Positions 31,801-43,545 of a stretch of 64,000 nucleotides of DNA are shown here, one piece after another. The notes under the pieces were generated by a model. The model searched no databases and was not told where the DNA came from. It saw only the letters and a list, made by a program, of their open reading frames with translations. Position numbers and translations under genes: made by a program. Each line of letters opens with the position of its first letter. Within the stretch, counting starts at the first letter, position 1. Origin of the DNA: Macrostomum lignano (taxonomy: Eukaryota); NCBI GenBank assembly GCA_002269645.1, contig NIVC01001013.1:309142-373141 (forward strand). Direction: 5' to 3'.

Positions 31801-34800
31801 AGGGACAGTCAAACAGGGACAGTCAAACAGGGACAGTCAAACAGTGACAGGCAAACAGTGACAGTCAAACAGTGACGGTCAAACAGTGGCAGTCAAATAG
31901 TGACAGTCAGTGACAGTCAGTGACAGTCAAATAGTGGCAGTCAGTGACAGTCAAACAGTGGCAGTCAAACAGTGACAGTCAAACAGTGGCAGTCAAACAG
32001 TGACAGTCAAACAGTGACAGTCAAACAGTGACAGTCAAACAGTGGCAGTCAAACAGTGACAGTCAAACAGTGGCAGTCAAACAGTGACAGTCAAACAGTG
32101 GCAGTCAAACAGTGACAGTCAAACAGTGGCAGTCAAACAGTGACAGTCAAACAGTGACAGTCAGACAGTGACAGTCAAATGTCATGAACCCCCCCCCCAA
32201 CCAATCCAGCTGCAGCCAATCTGACCTTCTGGTCGGCAACTAGCTGCTCAAGCAGGGCCCGCTGCTCGAACTCGCTCAGCCGCTCGGGCGATTTCACCCG
32301 GCACACTCTGTACTCATTGTCCACCGCCTGCAGGAAGCCGAGGAACTGGTGAAAGTCCGGCTCAGACAGCAGCTCCTTGTAGCTCTTGGCGTGGACCGTG
32401 CGAGACACTTCCCGCGTGTAGAAGGTGGACAGGTCGCTGAGCAGAACTGGGCTGCCCTGCTGCATCACCAGGTCGATGGCTGTCCGGCCATTGTCGGCTG
32501 GCAAGTCGACGAATGCGCCGCGTTCCAGCAGCAGCTTCATGGCCAGGCGGTTCTGATTGGCCACGGCCAGGTGCAGCGGTGTCCGGCCTTCGTGGCCCTG
32601 CGCGTTCAGCGCCGCCTCGTCGCTGCAGCGGAGCAGGGCGAGGATGTGCGGCGACGATTCCTCCAGGATGGCGCGGTGCAACGCCGTGTTGCCCTGACGG
32701 TCGCGGACGGACTGGTCCGCCTGGCAGTCGGCTGGAGAATTTGAGAGTAAGGGAGGATTGCAATTATAACTGAGGCTTGAGACTTGATGCTCAACATAAA
32801 GCTGGATCGTTAGATAGAGGCTGAGGTGCTCACGAAGAAGAGGAGTCTGGGAGCTGGAGGTGGCAAGAGGGTGGTGCTTACGATGAAGAGGAGTCTGGGA
32901 GCTAGAAGTGCCAAGAGGGTGGGTGGTGCTCACGATGAAGAGGAGTCTGGGAGCTAGAAGTGCCAAGAGGGTGGGTGGTGCTCACGATGAAGAGGAGTCT
33001 GGGAGCTAGAAGTGGCAAGAGGGTGGGTGGTGCTCACGATGAAGAGGAGTCTGGGAGCTAGAAGTGCCAAGAGGGTGGGTGGTGCTCACGATGAAGAGGA
33101 GTCTGGGAGCTAGAAGTGCCAAGAGGGTGGGTGGTGCTCACGATGAAGAGGAGTCTGGGAGCTAGAAGTGCCAAGAGGGTGGGTGGTGCTCACGATGAAG
33201 AGGAGTCTGGGAGCTAGAAGTGGCAAGAGGGTGGGTGGTGCTCACGATGAAGAGAAGTCTCCGAGTCTGGGAGCTGGAAGTGGCAGAGGGTGGTGCTCAC
33301 GATGAAGAGGAGTCTGGGAGCTGGAAGTGGCAGAGGGTGGTGCTCACGATGAAGAGGAGTCTGGGAGCTGGAAGTGACAGAGGGTGGTGCTCACGATGAA
33401 GGGAGGGTTTCAAGACAGGCAAAGAAAGTTCAGCAGGCCTCACTCAGCAGAGCCTCAAGCACAGAGGTCTTATCCTGAGCGCAAGCCCTGTGCAGTGGAT
33501 AGTCTCCCGATGGCAGAGGAACATTTGGATCAGCGCCAAGTGCTTTGAGCTTCAGCAGAACGTTCAGCCGGCCCTCCTCAACTGCGTAATGAAGTGGCGT
33601 CATGCCCTGCTGATTGACTCGGTTGAAATCGTACCTGTTTTGTTTTTGTTTACGTGGATTTCACTGTGCGTAGTAGTGTGCTCAGTTTTGAAAGTGATAC
33701 AAGAAAACTTATTTACCGTAAACCGCTCTTAACTCGAAGTAGCACTCGCTCTCTCACTCTCACCCATCACATTCTCACCCATCTCACTCTGACCCGTCTC
33801 GCTCACTAATCTCTCACCTTCTCACTCTCATTCATTTCACTCACTTATCTCTCACCTTCTCACTCTCACTCATCTCACTCACTTATCTCTCACCTTCTAA
33901 CTCTCACTCATTTATCTCTCACCTTCTCACTCTCACTCATCTCACTCACTTATCTCTCACCTTCTCACTCTCATTCATTTATCTCTCACCTTCTCACTCT
34001 CACTCATCTCACTCATTTATCTCTCACCTTCTCACTCTCACTCATCTCACTCACTTATCTCTCACCTTCTCACTCTCACTCATTTATCTCTCACCTTCTC
34101 ACTCTCACTCATTTCACTCACTTATCTCTCACCTTCTCACTCTCACTCATTTATCTCTCACCTTCTCACTCTCACTCATCTCACTCACTTATCTCTCACC
34201 TTCTCACTCTCACTCATTTATCTCTCACCTTCTCACTCTCACTCATCTCACTCACTTATCTCTCACCTTCTCACTCTCACTCATTTCACTCACTTATCTC
34301 TCACCTTTTCACTCTCACTCATTTATCTCTCACCTTCTCACTCTCACTCATCTCACTCACTTATCTCTCACCTTCTCACTCTCACTCATTTATCTCTCAC
34401 CTTCTCACTCTCACTCATCTCACTCACTTATCTCTCACCTTCTCACTCTCACTCATCTCACTCACTTATCTCTCACCTTCTCACTCTCACTCATTTATCT
34501 CTCACCTTCTCACTCTCACTCATCTCACTCACTTATCTCTCACCTTCTCACTCTCACTCATTTATCTCTCACCTTCTCACTCTCACTCATCTCACTCACT
34601 TATCTCTCACCTTCTCACTCTCACTCATTTATCTCTCACCTTCTCACTCTCACTCATTTCACTCACTTATCTCTCACCTTCTCACTCTCACTCATTTATC
34701 TCTCACCTTCTCACTCTCACTCATCTCACTCACTTATCTCTCACCTTCTAACTCTCACTCATTTATCTCTCACCTTCTCACTCTCACTCATCTCACTCAC

Positions 34801-36665
34801 TTATCTCTCACCTTCTCACTCTCATTCATTTATCTCTCACCTTCTCACTCTCACTCATCTCACTCATTTATCTCTCACCTTCTCACTCTCACTCATCTCA
34901 CTCACTTATCTCTCACCTTCTCACTCTCACTCATTTATCTCTCACCTTCTCACTCTCACTCATTTCACTCACTTATCTCTCACCTTCTCACTCTCACTCA
35001 TTTATCTCTCACCTTCTCACTCTCACTCATCTCACTCACTTATCTCTCACCTTCTCACTCTCACTCATTTATCTCTCACCTTCTCACTCTCACTCATCTC
35101 ACTCACTTATCTCTCACCTTCTCACTCTCACTCATTTCACTCACTTATCTCTCACCTTTTCACTCTCACTCATTTATCTCTCACCTTCTCACTCTCACTC
35201 ATCTCACTCACTTATCTCTCACCTTCTCACTCTCACTCATTTATCTCTCACCTTCTCACTCTCACTCATCTCACTCACTTATCTCTCACCTTCTCACTCT
35301 CACTCATCTCACTCACTTATCTCTCACCTTCTCACTCTCACTCATTTATCTCTCACCTTCTCACTCTCACTCATCTCACTCACTTATCTCTCACCTTCTC
35401 ACTCTCACTCATTTATCTCTCACCTTCTCACTCTCACTCATCTCACTCACTTATCTCTCACCTTCTCACTCTCACTCATTTATCTCTCACCTTCTCACTC
35501 TCACTCATTTCACTCACTTATCTCTCACCTTCTCACTCTCACTCATTTATCTCTCACCTTCTCACTCTCACTCATCTCACTCACTTATCTCTCACCTTCT
35601 CACTCTCACTCATTTATCTCTCACCTTCTCACTCTCACTCATCTCACTCACTTATCTCTCACCTTCTCACTCTCACTCATTTCACTCACTTATCTCTCAC
35701 CTTCTCACTCTCACTCATTTATCTCTCACCTTCTCACTCTCACTCATCTCACTCACTTATCTCTCACCTTCTCACTCTCACTCATTTATCTCTCACCTTC
35801 TCACTCTCACTCATCTCACTCACTTATCTCTCACCTTCTCACTCTCACTCATTTATCTCTCACCTTCTCACTCTCACTCATCTCACTCACTTATCTCTCA
35901 CCTTCTCACTCTCACTCATCTCACTCACTTATCTCTCACCTTCTCACTCTCACTCATCTCACTCACTTATCTCTCACCTTCTCGCTCTCACTCACTTATC
36001 TCTCACCTTCTCACTCTCACTCATCTCACTCACTTATCTCTCACCTTCTCGCTCTCACTCACTTATCTCTCACCTTCTCACTCTCACTCATCTCACTCTC
36101 ACCTCTCTCACTCTCACCCTTCTCACTCTGACTCATCTCACTCTCAACCCATCTCACTCCATTTTACTCTGACCCAACTCACTATGAGCCTTCGCACTCT
36201 CACCTATCTCACCCTCAACCTTCTCACTCTCATCCATCTTACTCTCACCTACCTCACTTTCATCCATCTCACTTTCACCCATCTCACTTTCCCCCATCTC
36301 ACTCTCACCCATCTCACTCTCAATCTCAATCTTAGAACGTACCCGATCTTTTCCAGCCTGTCCAGCACCCAAATCTGATCCTCGGCCGCGGCCAGATCGG
36401 CAATAGTCCGACCGGACAGTACCGGAGCGTACGGATCGCCGGACACCAGCAGCCTCTCCAACTGGTCAGCATCCCGGCGCCTGTAGGCCTCTAATAGCAG
36501 GCTCTGCTCGGACTCATCAGTTGACTGTTTGCTTCGCTGTTGCAGCAAAGATCTCAGATCCATTAAACCGCTGGACATTGGCTGGTATTGCTGCTGCTGC
36601 GGCCCTGATTCGCCCAAGGTTCGCCTTAGCCGCATCTCCGCATGAGATGACAAGAAGCTGCGCAT
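22852..36665 (-). CDS. TRPM-type cation channel with N-terminal ankyrin repeats, about 1227 aa, 9 exons (36665-36343, 33634-33444, 32731-32226, 30954-30488, 29060-28877, 28694-28218, 27356-26792, 26008-25639, 23452-22852)
   Basis: All 8 introns are GT-AG and phase-consistent. Ankyrin motifs GMTPLHYA, GDYPLHRA, GNTALHRA and GRTPLHLA. TRPM MHR motifs HPMDTLAVWSVL and SCIELAANNKSARFLQ...LDKKWYG. S1-S6 includes YFRSKWNYID and WIRLLYIS...LGPKLKMMAKM. TRP box WQFERHDLIQEF...LPPPF. The start codon could be 36665 or 36635. Confidence 0.88.
23462..25620. repeat. 23-bp satellite (AGGAATGGCAGATTGTAGCTAAC), about 90 copies, filling TRPM intron 8
   Basis: Direct repetition covering almost all of intron 23453-25638. 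Confidence 0.95.
26226..26470. repeat. 16-bp repeat (AAACCCTAAACTTCAT), TRPM intron 7
   Basis: About 14 degenerate copies. Confidence 0.85.
26626..26762. repeat. 21-bp repeat (CACTGAAGGACCAGGGGGAGA), TRPM intron 7
   Basis: About 6 copies. Confidence 0.85.
27357..28115. repeat. 30-bp minisatellite (GGGGATTAAGGTGACGGAGCCTGGGTACCT), TRPM intron 6
   Basis: Near-perfect units at 27357-27570, degenerating towards 28115. Confidence 0.95.
29155..30450. repeat. 32-35-bp AT-rich satellite (TAGAAATCTATAGATATCTACTCAATCCGAAAT), TRPM intron 4
   Basis: Direct repetition with alternating variants. Confidence 0.95.
31715..32180. repeat. 14-bp satellite (CAGTCAAACAGTGA/GG), TRPM intron 3
   Basis: Direct repetition. 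Confidence 0.93.
32828..33400. repeat. 52-bp minisatellite, TRPM intron 2
   Basis: Unit GATGAAGAGGAGTCTGGGAGCTAGAAGTGCCAAGAGGGTGGGTGGTGCTCAC, about 11 copies including shorter variants. Confidence 0.93.
33745..36330. repeat. CT-rich 29/38-bp satellite (TTATCTCTCACCTTCTCACTCTCACTCAT[CTCACTCAC]), TRPM intron 1
   Basis: About 2.6 kb, nearly G-free on the + strand. Confidence 0.95.
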
Positions 36666-38681
36666 TATTAATTTATTATACGAGTGTTCGGAATCTAAGC
36701 GAACAAATCTAGCTTATATACGATTTATGATAGTGCTATGGGGTGGCTATAGTTGGATGGATAGATGAGGAGGGAGCCGTGGCTTCTAGTCGCGTCTTTT
36801 CCTTTGGATGAAGTCAGTTTTGATGATAGATTCAGTTCAATCTCCTTCCGTGGTCCTCTGCTCAGCCAGCCGCACAATGCTCTACTTTACCACTTTACTG
36901 CCTTGGCTTATAATTTGCAGAGTGCGCGGCGTTCTCCCCCAGCTCCTTTTTGGGGCGGAGGGCTAACACGGGTCGTATATATTTTAGAGGCCTTGGCAAG
37001 GTCTTTTTTGGCCTTAACTCCTTCCCTCTCTATCCCCCTTCTGTCTAACCCTCAGCCAACCCCTCCCTACTGTACATTACTCAAACCGCGTGCAATGTAC
37101 ATTCATCCAGGTCCCGCCCTTCAACCTCGTCCCGCTTCTTCTTTCCTTCAACGGGGCCTGAGATTCTTCGCTTCCACTCCCACGCTGTTACTCAAAAATC
37201 CGTCAACAGTTCCTCGATAGAGAGATAGACTTGCCTGAGTAAGACAGCTAGCAGCAGATTAGTGGATTGCTCTTTTCTTCTTGTACAATAGGTATACGTA
37301 TGAACTGTGCTCAAGTATGACATTACATGCAGTCATGCTCCCTGTAGTGTAATTCCCTTAAAAGCTGCCGCAAATGCTCCTTTCCCGATCCTGACTGACT
37401 CATGGGTTTTTAGTCTCGCCGGATTTCTATTATTAAATTATAATCCTGGGGATCCAGCATCTGGTGGTGTCGTACTTATGCATGTATGATTATTAATTTA
37501 TGAATGAATATTGCATGCGAGAGAACAGTTTACGATTCTTAAGCGCATATATATGCAGTTGCACCAGCTGGTCAATGGCTGTGCATTGTGCATAAACAGG
37601 GCAAGAACTCAAGCCTTAGTTGGCACCAAGCATGCTAATGTAGTTTCTAATTAAATTAAGTTAATTATATAAGTATATAGTATCTTCTATCTGGCTGGGC
37701 ATATGCACAGCGTATGGTAATGTAGCCTTTGCTCTCCTGGGGCGCTGGCTTCCACTCTATACCCTCTATACCCTTTATTGACAAAAAGGCCCCACAAAAC
37801 TTGTAAGCTTTTTTATTACTATATGGGGAGCAGGTATTGCAGTTTCTATTTTGAAAGGAAAATATGATGGATATGGGATCGCATTTAATAACTCGGTCCA
37901 TCTCAGCGCCAGTTGGATCGCTAATTGATGCTTTTGATGGGAATTGATTCGATTAATCCATTTTGCAAACAATTCCAGTTTTTGCATACACCGCCCTGTG
38001 CTTACGTTACTTCTAGATCCATCAGTCAATATTGAGGTAAGAGCTTATTAACGGTCAGCTTCTGCATTATTATTTATTAGCAGGATAGCTCAGGCTGACT
38101 GCGGGTCTATAGTTGTCATGATATCACCAGATTGGTTAGGCAGGCCACGCCAGTGACAAACGGTGTTGATTGCATGGGGGCGAGGTTGAAAAAGCAATTT
38201 TAATTAACTAGGAATTGATACGAAATCTCTCCATCGCTAACCGATCAGATGAGCTTCAAGATTCTGTTATGGAGAATATGATACTAGCGTAGCTAGTAAT
38301 AAAATTGATTAAATTCGATAAACTCTTGTCCAAATCTGCAATGCTAGAAGCTGCAAGTTGCGATAGAAATATTCGCTGCATCCTATTGTAAGTAGCTTTC
38401 AAAAACAAATTCAAATCGCATTAGCAGAAAATCCGAAGAAAAGTAATCTAATAGAAGTCCACAAAATGCTCAATCTTTGCCCGATATTTTTTATCAGAGT
38501 TTGTAGAGAAATAGTTCGTTTTCTTGTGCACTTTTATTTCTGGCAATTCGGCGCCGTCTCCAAAATGAGAAGAAAAATAAAAAACGATAATTTTTATTTC
38601 AAACAAGTTTTTATCGAACTGAAAATTCTGAAGTGTCACACAGTGTGGTTTGTGGTGGTCACCTTAGACTTCCTAGACTTC

Positions 38682-40787
38682 TCAGACGCTAATATCTTCG
38701 CCGAAGCGGCAAAACTCGCCGACAATGCGCTCCATGTCCTGCTCAGAGTTGGTGTCCTGCGAGCAGACCATTCTCCAGCAGTTGATATTTTTAGAGGCGG
38801 CGCATTTCTGATAGCCAATCAGCATTGAGCCGTCCAAGGTCATTCGCTTTTTTAGGAGAGGCGCCACAGCGTCCATTTGGCGCCACCAAGAGTCGTCCCG
38901 CTTGCTCCAGTCGGCGGGCTGGCCGCGCAAGGCCGGCGGGATGTACCAGAACAGCACGTTGGTACTCTCCGGCTCGGCAATCAGCTCAAACGAGCCATCG
39001 GTCTTTTGTCGTTGCGCAATCAGATTGGCTAGCTGCTTAGCCAGGGTGAACTTTCGGTCAACCAGATCGCTCAGGCCGGACTTGCCAAGGCCGCGCCACA
39101 CGGCCCAGAGTTTCAGCACGTCAACTTTGCGACCGCACTGGATCACCTTGTCGCCAATGTCAAACTGCGGCGGATAGAATTTGTCCTGCTGAAACAGGTA
39201 AGCCGCTTGGGTGCCGTGAGCTCTTTGCAAAGCGCCAGAGTGTCTGGTGAGCAGCAGGCTGCACTGCAGATTGACGCCAAGCATTTTGTGCGGATTCCAA
39301 GTCAGCGAGTCAGCGCGTTGGCAACCATCCAACAGGTGCCGGCGGCTCTCCGACAGGATGGCACTGCCGCCTAGGCAGCCATCGACGTGCAACCAGACGT
39401 TAAACTCTTGACACACGTTGGCCACCTCCGATATTGGGTCGTAGACGCCTAGCACAGTTGTGCCCGCGGTGGCCACCACCATTAGAGGCTTCTGACCCTA
39501 TATCGAATGAAACATCAGAAAAAATGAAAACCACCGTAAAAGTGTTGACAGTCAAACTAAACAGAAATTCAAAAGCAAAAAGCCTTACATTCTCAGTGTC
39601 GGATTTGATGTGCTCCCTCAAGGCATCAACTTTCATTCGTCCGTGTTCATCGGTTGCAACCTTGACGACCGCGTTCTCTCCGAATCCCATGAAGCTGGCA
39701 CCTTTCACCATCGAGTAGTGACTCTGAAAATTGTATTATTATTGAATTGCATCTTTGATAGATACGCAGAGCCTTTCAAACAGAACTAACTTCGAGCGCG
39801 AACACACCTCCATTGACACGTAGATCTTCGCCGGCGGCATAGCAGCGAGACCGAGCCGTCTGGCGTCGGGGAATACAGCCGATTTAGCCAGACTGATGGC
39901 GTACATGTTACCAATTGAACCGCCCGGAGTGCAGACGCCTTCGCCATTTTTGAAGCCAAATAATTCCAAGAATTGCTGCATTGCTAGACGCTCCATCACA
40001 GTGAACACTGGAGCAACTTCGTAAGTGTAGCTGGTGTGTAAAGTAGTTTTTTAGTAGTTAGTTAGACTAAGAAAATATATAGGACGTGAACAGGACGATT
40101 TGATTAACATTTACAGGCACCCGTGGGATTAATAGCCTAGCTTCTATTTATTTTACTTGCTTCGGTATTCAAAGCAGCATGTGGAATAAGTTGGATGACA
40201 TCACCGAAAAGCTTCCTTTGAGAGAGTCCCTTTGACCTACTCGTGGACCCACGGGGTCTAGACTAGCCTAAACTCGCTACCGTTGATGTTATAATAAGCT
40301 AAAAAGAGTTTAAGAAAGTAAACAAGTCCGCTTACATGCTCGCATTGATGGCGTCAGTTAGCAAAGATCCAACAACGGACTCTTCGTGAACGCGACCGAA
40401 AAGCTGGTTATAGAAGCGCGGATGGTTGGACGTGACGCTAAGGTCGTAGACTGTCTTCAGATTGTCAAGCAGGACGTCCTCGGGCACGGGCTTGTCCGGG
40501 AGGCCCAGCATCTCGGCGTACTCGGACATCAGGCTGTCCGGCGATATAAATTTTACAATTGGTCTGAAAGGCAAGTGGATCGGTTGTTGGTCAAACTCGT
40601 ACCGCTGCGAAGTAACTAGCAGGTGTACAACGCTGCAAAAAAATTCTGAAACTCACCTGTCTTTATCCTTCTTGAAGCTCCAGTCTGCTTCATCAAGAAA
40701 GTCCACGATACGCCTTAGCAAGCTGCGACTGGAGGCCGCTTCCGTCCCATTGACGCCGCTGTTGTTTGAAGCTTCAGTTGAAGACAT
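38682..40787 (-). CDS. Group II PLP-dependent decarboxylase, CSAD/GADL1/aspartate decarboxylase-like, about 510 aa, 5 exons (40787-40657, 40563-40336, 40030-39808, 39723-39589, 39497-38682)
   Basis: Phase-consistent GT-AG introns. Motifs HPRFYNQLF, YTYEVAPVF, PGGSIGNMYA, SHYS, ATAGTTVLG, HVDGCLGG, the PLP-lysine motif TWNPHKMLG, and IQCGRKVDVLKLW. Confidence 0.92.
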
Positions 40788-41128
40788 TCGACGGTTTTGC
40801 GTGTCTGACAGAAGGAAACTCCTGAAATGACAATGTTAAGATTTTGAAGCGGACAAATTATAATTTAAAGTCCACTTAGCTATTCGTCAAGTCTAACGAA
40901 TTCACTTTACTCTTAAAGTACTTGTGGATGTCAGTGCCAAAAGTTCTGTAGCTGCTGAATTTGTCTATGGGAAAGTTGTGGACTTCTGTCTGGCTAGGCA
41001 GAGGTTGAACTATACTCCGATGCGATATCTGTCTGAGTGGAACAAAATTATAGGACAGATTGAGCTCGTTCGAGCTTCGAACTCAAATGAACTTTTTTCG
41101 ACTAACCTATAGTACATAGCATCTTGCG

Positions 41129-41304
41129 CAGTGGCGCAACCATAGATTTAGTGAGGGGTGCGGATTCTGGAGGGTAAAGACCTAAAGGGGGCGGAGGGGG
41201 TGGCTCTGTATTTGGGCGAAGATGCGCTTGGTCCCCCTCATTTTTTTCAGGTCTCCACCGAAGGGGAGCGACCGCTGGGTGCACCCTGTCTGGGTACGCC
41301 CCTG
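41129..41304. mobile_element. hAT-type MITE, 176 bp
   Basis: TIRs CAGTGGCGCAACC / GGGTACGCCCCTG. The flanks TCTTGCG and TCTTGCTG form an imperfect 8-bp TSD. Confidence 0.65.
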
Positions 41305-42791
41305 TCTTGCTGTAGTAAGCTAGGGAAGTTTTTTTAATAAAAACTGGAAGTTTGAGAAACTGTTGCAAAAGTATCTTAACACCCAGCTCAATTGTATAAG
41401 CTTCCGACCAATGGTTGCAGGTGTACGTAGAGCATCTCCCACATATTACTTGTGTAACAAGATTCTAGACAGACTAATACTTCAGCCAAAAAAAGGAGTC
41501 TCAGTCCCAAATGGTCTCCAGTGCAAGGCGAGAGAGACAATTGAATGTCATTTACCCTCATTGACGTTTAGCGGAGCGATGGTAAATAAGAGAACAAAAA
41601 AGCAGGCTGGATGTCTCGAATGTGGCCAACTGTCTGCGCCGGAGCAGAGAAGGTCTAACTTTTAAATTCAGAGAGTAGAAATCAAAGAAGATACCATGAT
41701 TCCTAAGGTCTGATGTCAAGTGGTCTGCGCTAAAAAATACGCATGGCCTACACGGGCATATTGCCACCCTAGATGCAGCGCAGCAGAAAGGTCATATAGA
41801 AGCGTAGAATGCTCACAATAAGATTCCATTCTAGGTCTGAAATATACTATAGACGAGATGATAAATCGACTACATTCTTACCGCAATGCTTTTACTTACG
41901 ACGCCGAGAGCCTTAAAAAACATTTTGCAAGAAATAACCGTGGCAACCTGCCAAACAAATGCGTAACAGGACGCCCTTTCGTCCCTATAGTCTCACAATT
42001 TTGGCTCTTTTATAACAGGCAACAGATGAACTTGCAATTGAAAATCGATCAGGCTTGTCTTTATATACTTCATCCCTAAGGTAGCTACGAGTAAAATGTC
42101 GGGTAAATACTTCCTATAAAGTCGGAGTTCTCCCCTGAATGGATACTTGAAAGTAGTAGGTATAGAAAAACGATGGACTTTTCCGCTACTAGCAAGCGTG
42201 TTCTTTATGATTTCTAATTGTTCGAAAACCTAAGTCAACCCAATGCTTGATTGATGATGATCTTACCTACAACGGCTGCAGAATGGCTTAAAAAACTTCG
42301 CCCTGAGATTGACAGCGCCGGCTATGCTCATTTATGTATGCGGTTAATGCGGTTAACTACGCAAGCGCATTAAGTCGGTCTCAGAGATTCACTGCAGCTT
42401 GTAAAATGCTTGACGCACTCATATGAGGCCTTGCTTGCCAAGAGAACAAGAGCACGAATGTTTTATCCTCCTGCAAGGTGAAGCGTACAAGCTGGTGCAA
42501 TGTACAGGTGTAGCCACGCTCCCTTATCAGCCAGCCCGGGAGAGCCGGTTCGCAAGATAACGGGGCTGGCAAGGTGCACCGCCGGTGTCAAAATTTGTGG
42601 ATCCAGTAAGGTTGAATTATTCTGAACTACTATTTTACTGACGTCAAAAAAAACAGTGTGAAGTATACTGACTACTGAACTGATAGGCCACCGTTGAGAT
42701 TGTTGACGCAATCATTCACAGACTAACAATAGAAGACACTCAATGGCTATCTAAGCTAATGTTCTGCATGACTCAAGGACACTCCTATACG

Positions 42792-42860
42792 CAGGGGTCG
42801 GCAAAATCAGGTCCGCGGGCCAAATGCGTCCCGCGAAGCCTCTCTATCCGGCATTCGGGT
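42792..42860 (+). mobile_element. hAT (Charlie-like) terminal fragment
   Basis: CAGGGGTCGGCAAAATCAGGTCCGCGGGCCAAATGCG resembles the typical CAGGGGT...GGCCCGCGGGCC hAT terminus. The other end was not found. Confidence 0.5.
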
Positions 42861-43042
42861 CTTTTGGAAGCTTCACAATAGCAACTCGGCCCACTGAAGG
42901 TTTGTGTCTCTTCTCAGCTCTCTTCTCTGTAACCTCCTCTCTTTTCTCTCCTATTCTCTCCCTTCTTTCCTCTTTCTCCTCTCCTCTCCTATCTCCTCTT
43001 CCTCTTCTCTTCTGTCTTCTCTACTCGACAGTATATAGAGCA

Positions 43043-43545
43043 AAATAACACCGGAAAATCCCGTTTCGATCTAAGCCAGTGGTCCAGTGCTCTGCATCAC
43101 TCAAGGACACGCTAGAGAACAGAATAACACCGGAAAATCCCGTTTCGATCTAAGCCAGTGGTCCAGTGCTCTGCATGACTCAAGGACACGCTAGAGAACA
43201 GAATAACACCGGAAAATCCCGTTTCGATCTAAGCCAGTGGTCCAGTGCTCTGCATCACTCAAGGACACGCTAGAGAACAGAATAACACCGGAAAATCCCG
43301 TTTCGATCTAAGCCAGTGGTCCAGTGCTCTGCATCACTCAAGGACACGCTAGAGAACAGAATAACACCGGAAAATCCCGTTTCGATCTAAGCCAGTGGTC
43401 CAGTGCTCTGCATGACTCAAGGACACGCTAGAGAACAGAATAACACCGGAAAATCCATTTCGATCTAAGCCAGTGCTCTGCATGACCCAAGCACACTCTA
43501 AAGACCAGAATAACGCAGGAAAATCCCGTTTCAGTCTGAAGCCAT
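43043..43545. repeat. 79-bp tandem repeat, about 6 copies
   Basis: Unit AGAATAACACCGGAAAATCCCGTTTCGATCTAAGCCAGTGGTCCAGTGCTCTGCATsACTCAAGGACACGCTAGAGAAC; near-identical copies with no spacers. Confidence 0.93.

Noticed and set aside
36765-37220. 151-aa ORF divergent from the TRPM start, and other short ORFs at 41-46 kb and 58-59 kb
   Set aside because: No recognisable motifs, host-like codon style or splice support.
37775-38029. KKLTSFVGPF resembling the GPY/F motif of a gypsy integrase
   Set aside because: A single short motif with no integrase core, RT or LTRs nearby.
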